Below, piece after piece: positions 23,641 to 34,252 of a DNA stretch of 64,000 bases. Source of the stretch: Macrostomum lignano (Eukaryota); NCBI GenBank assembly GCA_002269645.1, contig NIVC01000109.1, positions 731,670 to 795,669 on the forward strand, in the 5' to 3' direction. The position numbers were made by a program, and so were the translations under genes. Positions within the stretch are counted from its first letter, which is position 1, and each line of letters begins with the position of its first letter. The notes beneath the pieces were generated by a model. The model saw nothing but the letters and a program-made list of their open reading frames with translations. It was not told the origin of the DNA and made no database searches.

Positions 23641-25251
23641 CTACTGCAGCTGCAACCCGGCAGTAGCCACAAACTGCCTCAGCTGGTCGAGCCTCTTTCT
23701 GGCAAAGTCGTCCAAGTTGTTGAACCTCTCGAACTCGCCCACCGCGGCGTCGACGGCTGCGACGTCGCAAGCGTCGGTAGCCAAAGCCAGCGACCTCACC
23801 AGCGAGAGCTCGTCGGTGTCCTTGAACGAGCTGCACAGCCCAACCAGCTGCTCCGCCTTCTCGCCGACTCCCGCAGCTCCTGAGCACAGCAGACACAGAC
23901 AGCTCTTGGCCAGGTGGTCCTTGGCTCCGAAGCTCAACAGACTGTGCTGCTCAGCCGACACTCCCAGATCCTCAAACACCGCAGCTGCCTCTGCCAGCCT
24001 CCCACAGTCCGCCATCAACTCCCCGGCCTTGGCGCGGCTGCCCGCAGCGCTGGCCGGACTGTCCTCGCCGCTCCAGAAGTCCGCCGCTCTCAAGTAGGCA
24101 TCGATGGCCTCCTCGACTTGCTGGGATGAAGCCAGCAGGTCTCCAGCCTCCTCCAGTTGTCTGGCAGCGATGGCCGCTTGTTGCAGGCACCGCACGGCCT
24201 TCGCTCTCGTGTCTGGCAGCTTGCGGTAGCAGTTCGCAGCCTCCGAGTAATTGTTGGCCGCATCGAGCTCGCATCGCCTTTGCTTTGAGAACAGCTCGGC
24301 TGCGGCTTCGAACGCCCGCCCAGCTTCGCTCCGTTTCTGATAAAGCTTCAGCTGGTTGCCCTGCTGCAGAAGTTTGGCGGTGTCAGTAGTTTGCAGTTGG
24401 GCTGACTGGGGCTGCGTCCGCACCGGGCCTTCAGGACGCGTCTGACTGCTGGTTTCATCATCTCTAGGAAAGCTAGGGTAGCAGTTCGCAGCCTCTGAGA
24501 CATTGTTGGCCACATATATCTCCTCGAATATCGCAGTCACCGCGGCGTCTCTTGACCAGTCACCAACTTCACTGCTTACAGCACAAATTCCGACAAGCCG
24601 CTCGAGCTGGCCCAGAAGCCGCAGCTGCAGCTCCTCATTGTCGCTCTTTTCTCTAAGCAGGCGCTCTGACCTCTCAAAGTCGGCCTCCAAGTCTCCAAGC
24701 GATTCGTGCATGGACTGGACCAGGCGAAGCAGCTCTGCCATGTCGCCTGCAGCCTCCGCCGTGGCCACCTCCTGCTTGTAGCTGGAGACGTCCTCGAAGT
24801 CCCGCTCGCACACACGCACTGCCTCAAGCACACTCGAGAGCTGGCCCGTCACCCTACTACGAAACGAGTCGATGTCTTGCTGTACCAAATCGAATTTGTG
24901 ATTGACCTCTTGCAGCTCCTGTTGAATGTCGAGAGCGAGACGACGCAGCGACTCAGCGTCTTGTTGCGGTCGCAGTAGCGCTGCACGGCTAACTGCACCT
25001 GCTGCGCGTTGTGACTCTTGTGACTCTTGTGAATCTTGTGACTCTTGTGAGTAGGCACGTAGCAGCTCTTCGACCTCCTCCTTGAGCTTGAATAGATTGG
25101 CCACATCGACACTGAGGTGTTGACTGCACATGTGGCAGCGGGAGAAAGGAGCCACACCGACTGCAGCTTTTTCGCAGATGATGCAGAGAGGAGTTGGGGT
25201 AGCGAGAGGCGCGTCCGAACTCGAGCTGTCGCTTGAGCTTTCGCGGCTCAT
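23641..25251 (-). CDS. 536-aa single-coding-exon protein: CxxC-x12-CxxC (B-box-like) + coiled coil + alpha-SNAP (NAPA-like) domain
   Basis: Open frame from CCAACA-ATG (25251) to TAG. C-terminal ~240 aa match SNAP motifs (AGRAF..AA, AANNYSEAANCYRK, AIDAYLRAADFWSGEDS, LLSFGAKD, LCLLC, F.D..E..L, V.EF....LD). Splice acceptor TTTCAG 21 nt upstream of the ATG. Confidence 0.8.
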   Translation of the reverse strand: MSRESSSDSSSSDAPLATPTPLCIICEKAAVGVAPFSRCHMCSQHLSVDVANLFKLKEEVEELLRAYSQESQDSQESQESQRAAGAVSRAALLRPQQDAESLRRLALDIQQELQEVNHKFDLVQQDIDSFRSRVTGQLSSVLEAVRVCERDFEDVSSYKQEVATAEAAGDMAELLRLVQSMHESLGDLEADFERSERLLREKSDNEELQLRLLGQLERLVGICAVSSEVGDWSRDAAVTAIFEEIYVANNVSEAANCYPSFPRDDETSSQTRPEGPVRTQPQSAQLQTTDTAKLLQQGNQLKLYQKRSEAGRAFEAAAELFSKQRRCELDAANNYSEAANCYRKLPDTRAKAVRCLQQAAIAARQLEEAGDLLASSQQVEEAIDAYLRAADFWSGEDSPASAAGSRAKAGELMADCGRLAEAAAVFEDLGVSAEQHSLLSFGAKDHLAKSCLCLLCSGAAGVGEKAEQLVGLCSSFKDTDELSLVRSLALATDACDVAAVDAAVGEFERFNNLDDFARKRLDQLRQFVATAGLQLQ

Positions 25252-25309
25252 TGTTGGATTGTTTGTGAGGAGCTGAAATGCAGATAAAGTTGAAACTCCA
25301 CAGAGTAAA

Positions 25310-25500
25310 AAGAGGGAGAAAAAAGGGAGAACAGAGGGAGAAGAGCGGGAGAAGAGAGAGAGCAGAGGGAGAAGAGCGGGAGAAGAGAGAGAACAGAGGG
25401 AGAACAGAGGGAGAAGAGCGGGAGAAGAGAGAGAGCAGAGGGAGAACAGAGGGAGAAGAGCGGGAGAAGAGAGAGAACAGAGGGAGAACAGAGGGAGCAG
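25310..25500. repeat. GA-rich simple repeat in the 5' intron of the SNAP-fusion gene
   Basis: Seen directly; accounts for the spurious N-terminal extension of ORF 23641-25539. Confidence 0.85.
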
Positions 25501-25572
25501 AAGGAAAAAGTGCTCAATGCGCTGTGGGATTAGCAACATTAGCAGATTTCAAGGAATTTCCAGCCTCATTCC

Positions 25573-26100
25573 AAACCGACTCACCTGTCAAATGCGAATG
25601 TAGTCGGATTTTGAATCAGTGAGTTCAGTGATGGTCAAGGAATACTTGGCTGAATATCCTCTGCTGCCAGTGCAAGGGTGCTGAGCTCTGCAAAAGCCAG
25701 TGTGCCACACTTTGAATCGGTGCCAGTATCGCAGGTTACAGAATTGCATCTCTGCAGCTGCAAGAATGCTCAGTCTGAGAAATTACTGAGCACACACTGG
25801 TACCTGTTTTGGGTGAATTTTCTATTGCAGACATTTATTATTTAAACTTTGTTCATCATTGCAGCGGTGCAAAATTCGAATTTCGAGCCATTCGATATTA
25901 GAAATGTGCATCGGAGACCGGGTTGGTCTGGGTGGCAACTCTTGCTGCACTCAACTGTGCTCTGCATTTTCTGCTGCGCCTCTCATTCCGTTTCTGTGTG
26001 TGCAACCTGCGGTCTGCTGTACTTTGCCAGCAGCTGTGCGAAGAAGCTCGCGTGTGCAGAGCGGCCCTGCAGTAACAATGGAAACTGCTGGCTGAGAAAC
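25573..26100 (-). pseudogene. Degenerate, inverted Ig-like exons upstream of the SNAP-fusion ORF
   Basis: Minus-strand KYSRPQV..STVECSKSCHPDQPGLRC..NGS and KYSLTITEL motifs with stops; GTGAGT donor near 25572. Confidence 0.35.
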
Positions 26101-26221
26101 AGTGGGGAAAGAGAAGGTGCGATGAGGACTGAGAGCTGTGCTCAGGAGAGATGTGCTCAGAAGAGGTGTGCTCAGGAGAGAGAACGTTGTCAATGGGCAG
26201 TGAATTCTGTGCAATTTTAAC

Positions 26222-26410
26222 GCCGCAGTGGGCGGCGCAGCAACTGCCGCGGTGCTGAAGCAGTGAGCGGCCATGGAGCTGCTGGCTGCTCTACCAAGCC
26301 GCCTGACCCCAACGTGAGACTCTGTTTGGATGAAGCAGGCATTTCATTTGAGATCAACTCAACAGCAAATTTATTCCTTCCAGTCGGTTTACTACTATGC
26401 TGAGAGCTGA
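26222..26410 (+). pseudogene. Partial copy of the receptor TM/tail exons
   Basis: Homologous to 19040-19260; retains intron and TCGGTTTACTACTATGCTGAGAGCTGA. Confidence 0.8.
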
Positions 26411-26618
26411 GGAGTGCGCAGGCGGTCCGTGTGTGGCATTCTTGACGAATCAATTAAAAGTTTAATGTACAAGTTCTACATGAAGGTGAAATATGGGAAT
26501 AAAATAAAACTTCGGTATACAGACACAGACAGTTTGATCCTGAACATTGAAACAGTAGACTTTTATCAGGACCTTTTGACGCGGAAGGACTTGTATGACC
26601 TATCTGAATACCCAGAAC

Positions 26619-26945
26619 TGTTGGTTCTGGATTCACGGACACTAGGTCATATGAATAAAATGAGCAACTGCTCCAACTCAAGCATTTACTAGGGCCTGTA
26701 TGAATAAACTGAGAAATTGCTCATACTCTGATAATACTCTGAGATTGAGCCATTTCTCAGGTCAATAAGAACAAAACTGCTACCATAAACTTAATTTCTG
26801 AGCAATTGCTCAGAAAACGTTGAGGCAGCCTCCTGGCAGACTCAAGAACGAGTCGCAGTGTAAAAAGCAGATAAATCGTCAAAGCTAAACTCCTGAACTC
26901 CTGAAACTCCGGATAGTCTCTGACGATAAGGTTGACTGCGTAACA
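26619..26945 (-). mobile_element. 3' LTR-like segment (327 bp)
   Basis: Plus strand TGTTGGTTCTGGATTCACGGACACTA...GCGTAACA; shares only its termini with the 5' LTR. Confidence 0.65.
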
Positions 26946-26959
26946 TGTACTTCTGCCTA

Positions 26960-29300
26960 TTATCTGTAGGCATCGACTATTACGAGCAGGTACTTGTTGC
27001 CCTTAAACGGTCCAGCGTAGTCTGCGTGCACACGGCACCACTTTTCGCTTTCCTCTGGCCAAGATGCCCATTGGATTGATGCTCCATGGTCTTTATTTGT
27101 CTGGCAGGCGACGCATTGCTTAGTATGCCTAGTGACATCAGCGTCTATTCCTGGCCACCATACGCATTGTCTGGCGATGGGTTTCATCTTGTCCGCGCCT
27201 ATGTGGCCGTCGTGCAATAGTTGAAGAACTCTTTGTCGCTCCTCCTCCGGGATCAGCAGGCGTATTCCTCTGTAAAGAAGATCGTTCTCGATTGCCAGTT
27301 CGTCAAGAGTTCGAGCATATGTTGGTAACTCCTTGATTCCTCGGGCTGTCCAGCCATGCTTGACGAGCGCAAACAGTCGTCGCATCTCCTGATCAAGCAT
27401 TGACGTGCGCCTAAGCCGCTGCTTGTCAACTGGTATATCGAGTAGACTGTCCTGAATCGAGTTGACGTCGAATTGCTCGCTCTCCGCGGCACTATTATTC
27501 AATCGAGATAGGGCATCGGCGGCAGGGATCTACTCGGAACGCTTACACTCGATGACGTAATCATACTCCATGAGTGTGATCGCCCATAGCTGTAGCCTAG
27601 CAGCAGCAACCGTAGACAAGGCCTTTCCCGGGTTGAACAGGAATTTCAGTGGGTGATGGTCCGTCCTGAGCACCAACTTGCGTCCTAGCAAATATTTGTG
27701 GAGACGTTTAACCGCCCAGACTATGACTAGCGCCTCTCTTTCGATCTGTGCATAGTTTCTCTCAGCCTGTGTCAACGTCTTGGAGATAATTAGAACAGGA
27801 CCGGACGACTGATCTAACACGGCTCCCAGACCCACCGGTGATGCATCAGTCGTAAGTATAATATTGTCAGCTGGATCGAATGACTTTAGGAGTCCGGCGT
27901 TGTGCAATCTTTCCTTGATTGTGTTAAAGGCCTTCTGTTCTTGCCTTCCCCAGGTCCATCGCACACCTGACCTGGTTAGATTGGTCAATGAATCTTTCAA
28001 CGTAGCCAAGTTAGGAATGCATCGTCCATAGAAATCGACCATTCCCAAGAACGCCTGTAGTTGTTTGAGGTCGCTTTGCTCTTTTAATCCGGCAATGGCT
28101 TCCACTTCCTCCTTTAGAGGGCGAATTCCATCTGCACTGATCTCGTAGCCCAAAAATCGTATTGACGACTTGTTTAGTACAGACTTGTCAGCATTTATGC
28201 GAAGTCCATTGTTTTCCAGGATCTTCATTACTGTGTTGAGCCTTTCGTCATGATCAGTCTGACTTTCGCCCCAGATGAGGATATCGTCCTGGTAGGATAT
28301 CACGCCGTCGAGGTTTAGCAGGAGTTTATCCATATATGACTGGAAGATAGCGGGTGCTTGTTTTACCCCAAAAGCCAGTGAGGTTGGACGAAACAGGCCA
28401 AAGGGTGTGCTCCAAGTTTGCATCTGACTTGTCTCGGCGTCGACTGGTACCTGCAAGTATGCGTTTGTGAGATCTAGCGTGGAGAATTTCCGGGCTCGAC
28501 CCAATCTGGACATCACTTCATCTATCGATGGCGTTGTCGATACCATGTCTTCCAAGACTGGGTTCAGTGTTATCTTATAGTCGCCACAAATCCTGATACT
28601 TCCAGATTGCTTTCTGACACACACTATAGGCGTGGCCCATTCGCTCGATTGCACTTTCTCCAACTGTCCTTTCAGATTCCATTCTTCGTAGCTCGTTCTT
28701 TACGTCTTCTTGAATACCATAGGGAATCGGTCTTGGCTTGCAGAAAACGGGTTTTGCGCCTGGCCTGATCGATAGTGACGCCTTCACGGTGTCGACTGGA
28801 GACATGCGACTTGATTGCCGTTCTTCTGTGGTGTTAGCATTACCACCTTGGGTTATGGCGACATAAAGCTCCGGCTCCAGCTCTGCAATCCAGTCCAAAC
28901 CATATATGGGCTCCACATCTCTGTGGTCTACGACAAACAATGGCAGGTTCGCTACTGCACCGCCACGCTCTACTCTGACAGTAACTTCTCCTAAAACACG
29001 CACCGGATCTCCTTGGTATGCTGTAAATCATCGGGCTGTCGGTCTTAAATTGGATTTCAACGGAAGGCCTTGATACATCTTTAGCGATACAAATGATGAG
29101 ACGGATCCAGTGTCCATAATCATACGAAGATTGGCCCCATTGACCAGCAGAAGCCTTGTTATCCTGCGCCTGCTGGGCTCCTCACAGCTGCTATTTACGG
29201 AGAAAATGCTGTCAAGACCTACAGGTCCTGAAGAATCTTCCTGCGGTTCGATCGTCTGTCTTGACCGTTGAGCAGGTCTTGATGTATTAGACTTACACAC
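26960..29300 (-). pseudogene. pol: Gypsy pol (protease, RT, RNase H, truncated integrase), broken into several ORFs
   Basis: MDTGS, RICGDYK, YQDDILI, TDASPVGLGAVL, HDGHIG..CVWWPG..CVAC, VHADYAGP..VDAY then stop. Confidence 0.95.
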
Positions 29301-29324
29301 AGCTTTCAGATGGCCAGTCTTTCC

Positions 29325-30050
29325 TCAATTCAGGCAGGTCTTTGAACGGTGCTGGCAGACGTCCTTGCGGTGTCCATCCTTGCCACAGCAGAAACATTTT
29401 GCTTGGTTGCCATGGCTCTGTTGATTCCACTTGCCGTACCCGGTTGGCTGCCACGCTTTGCGATCGTTCTGTCGAGTCTCTGGCAAACGCGGTCGATCCG
29501 CCCTCTTGACCGATAAGATTTCGCTGCTGTTCATCTGTTTTTCACCACGCGCTACGGCTTCGCATGCGCTTGCCACGGACGTCACCCTCTCCCAGGTGAG
29601 GTCTGCGAGTTTTTCAGTTAGCAGTTTCCTCACGATGTCTTTGTTGAACAAGCCAAACACAAACTGGTCGCGCAACTTGTCGTTTAGGTCCGTGAATTCA
29701 CAGTTGTCCGCGGCTTGTCGAAGTCTCCTAGCGTAGGCCGACGTGTCTTCTTCGCTTTCCTGCTTCATGTCGTGGAAAGCGTACCTATAGGCCAGTCCCG
29801 ACTTCGATGCTTTCGTTTCGTTTGTTAGTAGCGTCTTTAACTGGTCGAAGGTCTTTTCCTCTGGCTTTGCTGGCAGTGAAGCGTCAGCCAGAAGGTTGAA
29901 CGCCTTTTTCCCCAGTTGTGCTATAAACGCGTACTTCAGCACGTCGTCGTTCCACTTGTTGACTTTGGCTATAGCCTCGAATCGCTGTAGCCATCTGCTG
30001 ACCTCGGCAGGCACGTCTGTCTCCAGGGGTTCGATTGGAATCGTCGCCAT
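29325..30050 (-). pseudogene. gag: Gypsy gag with CCHC knuckle
   Basis: MATIPIEP.., LRDQFVFGL, CFCCGKDGHRKDVC; ATG overlaps the PBS. Confidence 0.9.
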
Positions 30051-30061
30051 CCTCGTCGCCA
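30049..30061 (-). promoter_or_regulatory. PBS complementary to tRNA-Ser(GCU)
   Basis: Minus strand TGGCGACGAGGAT, 1 nt after the LTR-terminal CA. Confidence 0.8.
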
Positions 30062-30062
30062 G

Positions 30063-30301
30063 TGTTGGTTCTGAATGCACGGACACTATAACACCAATTT
30101 TGATGTAGCCTTTAGCTAGCTCGGTTATTTCTTAAGTGCTCCAGTTGAGCAGCTCTCTCTAATCACGCTTAGTGTATTTGAGCCTTGCGGCTCTGCTCAC
30201 TTTAATGAAAAGAGTATCGCTTGACAGTTTCGGCCATAGAGTATGCACCGTGGTAATAACTAACATAAGAGATTTTCTATAAACCATCTAAGCATCTAAC
30301 A
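30063..30301 (-). mobile_element. 5' LTR (239 bp)
   Basis: TGTTAGATGC...CAGAACCAACA on minus strand, between TSD and PBS. Confidence 0.85.
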
Positions 30302-30813
30302 AGAACCATTCAAAACACAGAATGGCAATCAAAATGTTTAACTTTTATCAGGACCTTTTGACGCGGAAGGACTTGTATGACCTATCTGAATACCCAGAAT
30401 CATTCAAAACACAGAATGGCAATCAAATGTTTGACCCTCGTAACAAGAGGGTAATTGGGATTTGGGAAAATGAACGATGATTATTATTGAATTTTATCGG
30501 GTTGAGAGCAAAGTCTTATTTTGTAAAATGTGAGGCATCAGATCCCATTAAAAAAGCTAAGGGTGTTCCCAAAAATGTTGTTAGGAATGAGTTAAAAGCC
30601 GTATTCAGAGATCTACTGTGTCACAATAAGAGAACTATCCATGAATTCTCGAAAATTCAGTCCAAGAACCACAATATTTATACGATTCAATAGAGGAAGA
30701 TTGGCCTGTCAGGCGCAGACAGTAAGAGATTATCTTTGATGGCAACATAAAAAGCCTGCAGTTCCGGCCACTGGAGATTGCAAAAAATAGGTTTTTAATT
30801 AAAAATTGTAAAA

Positions 30814-30897
30814 ATGACAACAGATACTTTTCTTCAAGATTTAGTTAATGAGCTAAAGATTCCAAACTTCCGAGGGGTCTTTATGAGCGATAAACTG
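30814..30897 (+). pseudogene. N-terminus of a Polinton/adintovirus adenain-like cysteine protease
   Basis: MTTDTFLQDLVNELKIPNFRGVFMSDKL directly after the PolB C-terminus; truncated. Confidence 0.65.
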
Positions 30898-30987
30898 TGC
30901 ATGACTTTTTTATATGCAATGGCCAAAACTCGAAAGAGCTACAAGGAAATTATTCCAGGGTTTTAGGTTTTGATCTTTATGTCACAG

Positions 30988-31347
30988 GGTTCGATCACTG
31001 CTCACAAAGTACATTTTGTCCTTCAGCGAGCGCCACAAGCAGAAGCAGTTCTGACAGCGGCGCGCTGCTGACGGTCGCTGTCATCTGCTGCTCGGTGGCC
31101 GCAGCCGTCGCAGTGGGCGGCGCAGCGACTGCCGCGGTGCTGAAGCGGACCCGAGCAGCCGACGCCTCCGCCGGCGCCATCAGCCAAGGCGCAGCCGTGG
31201 AGCTGCTGGCTGCTGCCAAGCCGCCCGACCCCAACGAGAGCTGCCTAAGTCTCCAACTGCTTGAATAAACACGTGTTTTATGCAGTGAGAATAGCTCAAC
31301 AGCACTTTTAATCTTTCCAGTCGGTTTACGACAATGCTGAGAGCTGA
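30988..31347 (+). pseudogene. Third copy of the receptor stalk/TM/tail cassette
   Basis: Near-identical to 18921-19260; donor GT changed to GA at 31236; tail exon encodes SVYDNAES*. Confidence 0.8.
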
Positions 31348-31898
31348 GACCAAAAGGCGGTCTGTATGGCAATTGACTCGGAGAAGGCAGTATTGAGCTA
31401 CTATGTTGTTTTTGTGAACGTTTCCTGTACTGTCCTTTGATCCTAGCAGACAGATAAAATTTCTTTTCCTATCCAGATTCATCCAATGCAATCAGCAAGT
31501 CAATATGGCTTGCTACGAGCACTATTCGATTATTGATCTCTGTTGAAAGTACGAGGTGTTTATTAACTATTCAAGCTTGGTTGAAATGTTAAAAATGTTA
31601 AGTTTTTTACATGCAAGTATCCTTTATTTATTAAACATTAGCGTTAAATTTCGCAAAAAAATCTATTTGGAACAGTAAATAGCCGATGGATTTCCATGAA
31701 AGATCACTGAAATATGTTAAGTATCAGACAAACTTCGATCAGCGTAGAACCAATGAATAAAACTTCAAAGAAGTCATGTCAATACGTGTAAATCATCGGA
31801 GTAGCTATTTATCGAACTGGGCAGGATATACAGCTACCCATGTGTAACTGGAACCGATTGCAAAACAGCCTGACTTCAATTCGATTTTCTTCAATATT

Positions 31899-32384
31899 CT
31901 ACTCGCGTCGAGTACTTACATGTCCGCCGAGTACATCCGCGGCAATAGACGAATGCTCGCTGTTTTCTACCGCAGCAACGACAGCAACTTCAGGCTGCTC
32001 ATCTGCACCATCGTCGTTGTCTTCGTGCAGCAGCGTCGACCGCCGCGTCAATGTCAGATCGCAGCAGAAGCCTGAGCAGCAGTGACAAGCGACACACAGC
32101 AGGAATGCAAATGTGAGAAGTAAGGTCGCTGCCAGCAGTAACTTCCTGCCCTGCCAGTGGGCGGACAGTGTGCTGGCAGCAGGCAATAGCAGCAGAACAA
32201 AAATGCTCAAACAGGCGAGCGAATAAAGCAGGAAGGCTAAACAGTACTTGCGGGAGAGGTAAGCCGGCCAGCCGAATGCTGCAGCCCCGTGCTGATGACG
32301 CACCTGCAGCTGGGGCAGCTGCTGCTCGGAATATTGTCCACGTTGCTGTCGTGCATTGTGCTGCGGTTGGTTTGAATCTTGCAT
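31899..32384 (-). CDS. Small (161 aa) putative two-TM protein with Cys-rich juxtamembrane segment
   Basis: Intronless GC-rich ORF; Gln-rich N-terminus, two hydrophobic segments, CVACHCCSGFCC, acidic tail; no family recognised. Confidence 0.45.
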   Translation of the reverse strand: MQDSNQPQHNARQQRGQYSEQQLPQLQVRHQHGAAAFGWPAYLSRKYCLAFLLYSLACLSIFVLLLLPAASTLSAHWQGRKLLLAATLLLTFAFLLCVACHCCSGFCCDLTLTRRSTLLHEDNDDGADEQPEVAVVAAVENSEHSSIAADVLGGHVSTRRE

Positions 32385-34252
32385 TTTTGTTTCTTTGGGC
32401 TTTTATTATTAGAACATTGAAGTGAAAAAAACTTTCATCCACTTTAAATCTCAGTCACTTGTATCGATATCTCTGTCAAGCTCTTTTTTTCATTTTCTAT
32501 GTCTACCACAGACAATTAATTACACTGATTCATGGCTGCACCAATTCATGCACCATGCAGCTTCCGCCATCACTGTCTGTCCTTCGCTGCTCTTCTTAAC
32601 CTCTCCATTGTCCATCCAGTCCATTAATTAATGTCATCTTCAGGTTTCACTTCAAGATAGAACATACTCGTATATTAACATCTGCACGATAGGGGACATC
32701 CCTGAACAAAAGCTCTAAATGGATACATTTTGAGATTCTCAAATACTCAATTTGTGGTGGATTCTGAAGAACTTATTTTGTCTTGATTTATCTGTCAGAT
32801 TTGCGCTTTATGTTAATAGCTTCTACTGTAATGTTGCTGATCCCTCAACTGCATGACTTTGTGTCGATATGGTCGTATGAGTAGATATGGTCGAAAACCT
32901 TATAGCACCTAGAATGGTGATGTAAGGGTAGTAAGCAGATAGCTCAGTGTGGGCATATTATGTTGCTATAGGTTTATATGGCACAGGTAAGCATTAAACG
33001 GCCGAAATGTAATGCAAAAGAAGATCAATCCATATACATGTAATGGCTTTAGCTGTCTTTATCAACAGTTTTAACTTTAGGCTTAGTAGTGTGGTATAGT
33101 TAGTAAATAGTGAATGTAAATGCATGTACAGTGTAGCTTGATTAAATCTTCTGGCCTGAAAGTACATGTAGTTGCAATTTCACAGTTCAATTCTTCCAGA
33201 AGACCGGAAGAGCACTTGAAAAGTCACATACATGTACATATATAGATAAATGCCTGATGGTCCCCCCAAGGTCTGGACACAGAAACCAGTGGAATTGGTC
33301 GATCATATTCTGTCGAGGAAAATAAAAAACCAACTATCAACATTTGTAAGTCGACGAGTTTCGCACTCCGTGGTGCATCTTCAGGTTTATTTTATTAGAA
33401 CGAACGAAAAAACTGAGACTAACGATAATAAACAAAGTCGAGGAAAATGTACACGGTATGTGCGACTCCGGCAGAGATAATGGGTTATCTCCGCTATCCA
33501 TGTCTATCCATCTCGAATTGGTTTGTCTATGGTATCAGAGTTACGCTACTGATTATCACCGCTCATTTAACACTGAAGGAATAGACGAGGCGCACAGGCA
33601 AAGTGGATTACATGTACATTATACGAGCCGTTAAGCAGCTTGTTTACCTTATAGTATAGCTTAGCGGTGATCGCGGCCATGGTGCCTTTTAGTATAGTAA
33701 GACGGCCACTGAGTGTTTTACATGTGCGATTGTTGAGCAAGCTTCTTTTTCTTCGCTTGTATCCATCATGGGATGACTCGTACAATGCAATGCAAAGCAA
33801 GGTCAATGCAAAGTCCGTTGCTGGGGTCGAGCTCGGCTAGTCGTCCGTTTGAACAGTTTTATTTTACGGTAAAGCCAAAACGTACATGCACGGTTGAAGC
33901 TTCACATGTATGTCTTCTAACTTAAGCGCTTTTGGTCTTCATGGCAATAGAAGAATTTTCTCAAAGTTGCCACTGATCCACCCCAATGTCCGGAAGAGGA
34001 TCGGACTATGTAGGAAAACTATATGTGGACCAATAAATTAAGCGAAAGTTCGCTAGAATACAGCCCCTTCATCCTTTGGTCCGGAGATCCGCATCCTTAC
34101 CAAATTTTCGGTAGCGCCACTGTGTTTATCGTAGGCAATAAAGTCCCGCGCTTTTGTACATGTACACAAGTGTACGCCTCAATGGGCTGAATCTAAAAGT
34201 CAAGTCTCGCGTTTAAACTAATATTTTACTGTACTGCCAGGTTACTGTACTA

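Larger units (their letters stand above)
26619..30301 (-). mobile_element. Ty3/Gypsy (Mag-like) LTR retrotransposon, integrase-truncated
   Basis: TG...CA ends, 5-bp TSD AGAAC (26614-26618, 30302-30306), PBS, and gag, PR (DTG), RT (YQDD), RNase H and IN zinc-finger domains. Confidence 0.95.
26434..30790 (+). mobile_element. polB: Polinton/adintovirus-type protein-primed DNA polymerase B C-terminal remnant (26434-26618 and 30307-30790), split by a Gypsy insertion
   Basis: ILDESIKSLMYKFY..KYG..IKL.YTDTDSLI, then EFIGLRAKSY, KKAKGV, I.SKNH.IYT and LS..DSKR motifs; stops and frameshifts present. Confidence 0.85.

Noticed and set aside
23641-25539. 632-aa version of the SNAP-fusion ORF
   Set aside because: The extra N-terminal ~95 aa is a GA/TC microsatellite upstream of a clear acceptor; ATG 25251 preferred
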